Part shown: positions 61,175 to 64,000 of the stretch, in pieces
Numbering within the stretch: the stretch's first letter is position 1
Layout: each line of letters opens with the position of its first letter
Source: an uncultured Spirochaetota bacterium
Lineage (GTDB): Bacteria; Spirochaetota; Spirochaetia; SZUA-6; Fen-1364
Direction of reading: 5' to 3'
NCBI GenBank assembly: GCA_963734545.1
Contig: CAVTHO010000005.1
Span: forward strand, 134,886 to 198,885
DNA: 64,000 nt
Notes under the pieces: model-generated
Seen by the model: the letters and a program-made list of their open reading frames with translations, nothing else
Databases searched by the model: none
Told to the model about the DNA's origin: nothing
Translations under genes and position numbers: made by a program

Positions 61175-64000
61175 ATGCCCGTGATGCTTGTCCTCGACAT
61201 CGCCGGCCTTGCTCTCTCTCTCGCGATATCTACCGCGCTGGTGATGATTGTCGGCGGCGCCGGTCTTCGCAGGCGGGTCAACCGGGACTTCGTGCTCTTC
61301 GCCTTCATGCAGACCGGCTGGGCCGCAGGCTCGCTCCTGCTGCGGCTGGCCCTGTGGCTTCGACTGGGAAATCCGACGGCCATGCTGGAGCTGGCCACCG
61401 TCTGCTTCGCCTTCATGGGGTTGTTTCTTCTGATGTTCGCCTACCGCTACGTGGGGATGCGCGGACGATGGACGACGGGAACGATCATCGCCGTCCTGGC
61501 GGCAATCCTCGCTCATGCCGTGCCGCTGGCCCAGGGCAGACTGCTCGGCGATCCCCAGCTCGATCCCGCCGGCGTCGTGTTCTACGGCATCACCCCGTGG
61601 GGCATCGCGGCCAGCGCAGTCCCCATGCTCTGCATTCTTTCTTCCCTGGCGCTGTTCTGGGTCCGCCGCCGTCACGTGAGCGAGCCCTTCCTCGTCGTGA
61701 GCATCGTGTTCCTGCTCGCCGGGTTCCTCACGGGGGGCCTCCTGCAGGTGCACGTGCCGATCATGTCGTTCACGAACACGGTCAGTGTGGCCATCCTGGG
61801 CTGGGGCGTCGTGCGTCGACAGCTCTTCAACCCGCTGCGCGAGCTTGCCGCGGACCTGCGCGAGCGCGCGCATCGCCAGGAGCTCATCTCGCAGATCAGC
61901 CGGAGGACAGCGACCCTCCTGGAGCTGGACGAGCTCCTCATCCAGGCGGTCACGCTGATCCAGGAGGCATTCGACTATTTCACCGTCGGGATCCTTCTGA
62001 TCGACGGTGACGAGCTCGTCCTGCGCAGCTCGACTCTCGCCTCCGTGCACGCGTACTCGAAGCTGTTCCGGCTGAAGGTGGGCACGGAGGGCATCTGCGG
62101 GTGGGTGGCGGCGGCAGGTAAGCCCCTCCTGGTGGGGGACGTCAGCCGGGAGCCGCGCTACGTGGAGCTGGTCAAGGACGCCCGCACGCGCTCGGAGCTG
62201 GCGGTGCCGATCCGTCGGGGAGACAGGGTGATCGGGGTGCTCGACATGCAGAGCGCCCAGCGGGACGCGTTCACGGAGAAGGACGTGGTCACGCAGCAGA
62301 CGATCGCCGACCAGCTTTCCAGCGCCATCGAGAATGCGCGGCTCTACGAAGAGACGCGCCGCCGGGCGGAGAGGCTCGCGCTGGTGAACCGCATCTCGGT
62401 GGCGGCCGGCTCCGTCCTGGATCTCGGCGAGCTGCTGGAAACGGTCTACCGCGAAGTGACCCCCATATTCGAGGCGGACGCGTTCTTCATCGCCTTGTAC
62501 GACGCGAGGGCGAATGCTCTTGACTACCGCATCCAGGTGGATGAGGGCGTGCGGGAGCCGCAGGAACGCGAGCCGCTGGGGAGCGGGCTCGCCTCCCGCG
62601 TGGTGAGGGAGAGAAAACCGCTCCTCATCAACCACGTGACCCGCGAAGAAGCGCAGGGTTCCCGCGCATGGGGCAGCGGCAAGACCCCCGCCTCCTGGAT
62701 CGGCGTACCGATGCTGCTGGCCGAGCGCATCATCGGCGTGTTGAGCGTGCACACGTACCGCACGCGCCCCTACGATGAAGAGGACCTCCAGCTTGCCGCC
62801 ACCATCGCGGACCGCGTCGCCGTGGCGCTGGAGAACGCGCGGCTGTACGAGGAGGTGCGGCGGGAGCTCGACGAGCGCGAGCGCACCCAGAAGGGGCTGA
62901 AGGAATCGGAAGAGAAGTTCCGCAACCTGGCGGAGCAGTCTCCCAACATGATCTTCATCTTCGGGAAGGACAGGGTCATGTATGCCAACCGGCAGTGCGA
63001 GCTCTCCACGGGGTACTCCCGGGAGGAGTTCTACGCGCCGGGATTCGATTTCAGGACCCTGACGGCGCCCGGCTACGAATCGATGGTGGAGGAGAACTTC
63101 CGCCGGCACGCCGCGGGAGAAGAGGTCGAACCCTACGAGTACTCGCTCATCGCCAGTGGAGGCAGGAGGATCGACGCGATCCTCACCACCAAGCTCATGC
63201 GCTATGACGGCGTGCCGGCCATTCTCGGCATCATCACCGACATCACGGCGCGCAAGCGCACCGAGCAGCTCCTGCAATCGATGAACGCGGCCGCGCTGGC
63301 AATGGAGCAGGCGCTCACGCCGGCGGAGATCTTCCCCGTGGCGGTGCGCGTGCTCTCCACCCTGGATCTCGACAGCGCCGTGTTCCTCACGGACGGGGAC
63401 ACGCCGCGTCGGCTCCTGCCCCACTGCTGGGGCAGCGGGACGAGCGGCGAGGTGCGCGTGAGCCGCCCGACCGATCCTGCCGGCCTCGAGCTGGGTCTGG
63501 ACGACGTGCCGGCCGCGGCGGAAGCCATGGACGGACGCAGGACCGTCTTCACCGCGCTCAGCCCCGAGGCGCTCGGCAGGCTGGGCGCCGGCGGGGGACA
63601 GACGTTGTGGCCGGGCCGTCCCGCGGGACCGCGTGTCGCGATCCTCGCTCCCCTCAGCGTGGGGGAAGACCTGTTCGGGCTCCTGATCGTCTCCGGAGAG
63701 GACCTGGGCTCGGATGATGTGCAGGTGTTCACGGCGTTCGCGCATCAGGCCGCCGCGGCGTGGCGCAAGACCCGGCTCATGCGGGACCTGGAGGGGAGCC
63801 TCCAGCAGCTGCGCCAGACCCAGGACCAGCTCCTGCACGCCCAGAAGATGGAGGCCATCGGACGGCTGGCCGGCGGCATTGCGCACGATTTCAACAACAT
63901 CCTCACCGTCATTTCCGGCTACACGAGCCTCCTGGTGGATACCATGGAGGGCAATGCCCCGGCGCTCTCCGACCTGGGGCAGATCAGGAACACGATCAAA
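61175..64000 (+). CDS. Multi-domain sensor histidine kinase (N-terminal multi-TM domain, GAF, GAF, PAS, GAF-like, HisKA), partial, runs off the right edge
   Basis: Absent from the ORF track because it has no stop in the window. My translation from ATG 61175 (GTG 61172 is also in frame) begins [19 protein letters not shown]... GAF segments: [21 protein letters not shown]...SELAVPI and [22 protein letters not shown] segment: [18 protein letters not shown]...[11 protein letters not shown]. HisKA segment: [25 protein letters not shown]. The frame is open to position 64000. Confidence 0.85.
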   Translation, partial: MPVMLVLDIAGLALSLAISTALVMIVGGAGLRRRVNRDFVLFAFMQTGWAAGSLLLRLALWLRLGNPTAMLELATVCFAFMGLFLLMFAYRYVGMRGRWTTGTIIAVLAAILAHAVPLAQGRLLGDPQLDPAGVVFYGITPWGIAASAVPMLCILSSLALFWVRRRHVSEPFLVVSIVFLLAGFLTGGLLQVHVPIMSFTNTVSVAILGWGVVRRQLFNPLRELAADLRERAHRQELISQISRRTATLLELDELLIQAVTLIQEAFDYFTVGILLIDGDELVLRSSTLASVHAYSKLFRLKVGTEGICGWVAAAGKPLLVGDVSREPRYVELVKDARTRSELAVPIRRGDRVIGVLDMQSAQRDAFTEKDVVTQQTIADQLSSAIENARLYEETRRRAERLALVNRISVAAGSVLDLGELLETVYREVTPIFEADAFFIALYDARANALDYRIQVDEGVREPQEREPLGSGLASRVVRERKPLLINHVTREEAQGSRAWGSGKTPASWIGVPMLLAERIIGVLSVHTYRTRPYDEEDLQLAATIADRVAVALENARLYEEVRRELDERERTQKGLKESEEKFRNLAEQSPNMIFIFGKDRVMYANRQCELSTGYSREEFYAPGFDFRTLTAPGYESMVEENFRRHAAGEEVEPYEYSLIASGGRRIDAILTTKLMRYDGVPAILGIITDITARKRTEQLLQSMNAAALAMEQALTPAEIFPVAVRVLSTLDLDSAVFLTDGDTPRRLLPHCWGSGTSGEVRVSRPTDPAGLELGLDDVPAAAEAMDGRRTVFTALSPEALGRLGAGGGQTLWPGRPAGPRVAILAPLSVGEDLFGLLIVSGEDLGSDDVQVFTAFAHQAAAAWRKTRLMRDLEGSLQQLRQTQDQLLHAQKMEAIGRLAGGIAHDFNNILTVISGYTSLLVDTMEGNAPALSDLGQIRNTIK

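Noticed and set aside
61154-63886. 910-aa minus-strand ORF
   Set aside because: It is antisense to the GAF/PAS/HisKA kinase read on the plus strand.

Overview
High-GC (about 65% by eye) bacterial chromosomal segment with about 60 protein genes. I saw no rRNA, tRNA, CRISPR array, transposase or integrase. Contents from left to right:

- **Left edge:** an OmpR-type response regulator plus a partial sensor kinase.
- **1.9-5.8 kb:** a large lipoprotein built from CHB_HEX_C-like repeats, then a HAMP class III adenylate cyclase.
- **5.8-14 kb:** a run of secreted PEGA/beta-barrel-like proteins, a lipoprotein, a 720-aa membrane-anchored coiled-coil protein and a FecR-domain protein.
- **14.1-18.8 kb (most interesting locus):** a four-gene operon. 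A DUF2207-like membrane protein ends in a cytoplasmic Cys-X-X-X repeat tail, (A-C-H/Y-S) x9. It is followed by a radical SAM/SPASM enzyme with a PqqD-like N-terminal domain and by an unknown membrane protein.
- **18.9-21.2 kb:** a convergent TetR / ABC ATPase / ABC-2 permease operon with recognisable operator palindromes.
- **24-34 kb:** a complete Pho block (phoB-phoR, pstSCAB-phoU) extended by sixA, a CYTH protein and a metallophosphoesterase, plus a porin.
- **34.4-38.2 kb:** topoisomerase IV-like parE/parC.
- **38.2-45 kb:** a divergent pair of paralogous proteins, one fused to an HU/IHF domain. The other leads a PPP-phosphatase / Hanks kinase / FHA / vWA-FHA operon.
- **45-53 kb:** housekeeping genes (M20 peptidase, OYE reductase, folD, nfeD-stomatin, PfkB kinase).
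- **53.4-55.3 kb:** a TatT/TatP TRAP pair with no permease at this locus.
- **55.4-64 kb:** HAD, HD-GYP, TM2 and Gfo/Idh/MocA genes, a P-loop NTPase, an orphan class III cyclase with an unknown N-terminal domain, and a partial multi-GAF/PAS histidine kinase at the right edge.

**Assembly caveat:** at least 14 single-base frame breaks interrupt otherwise clear genes (phoB, phoR, pstA, folD, the stomatin gene, the ABC ATPase, the radical SAM gene and others). Most lie in CCNGG-type contexts. I read these as systematic sequencing errors, not pseudogenes.

All functional calls come from motifs I recognised by eye in the translations. No database search was run.
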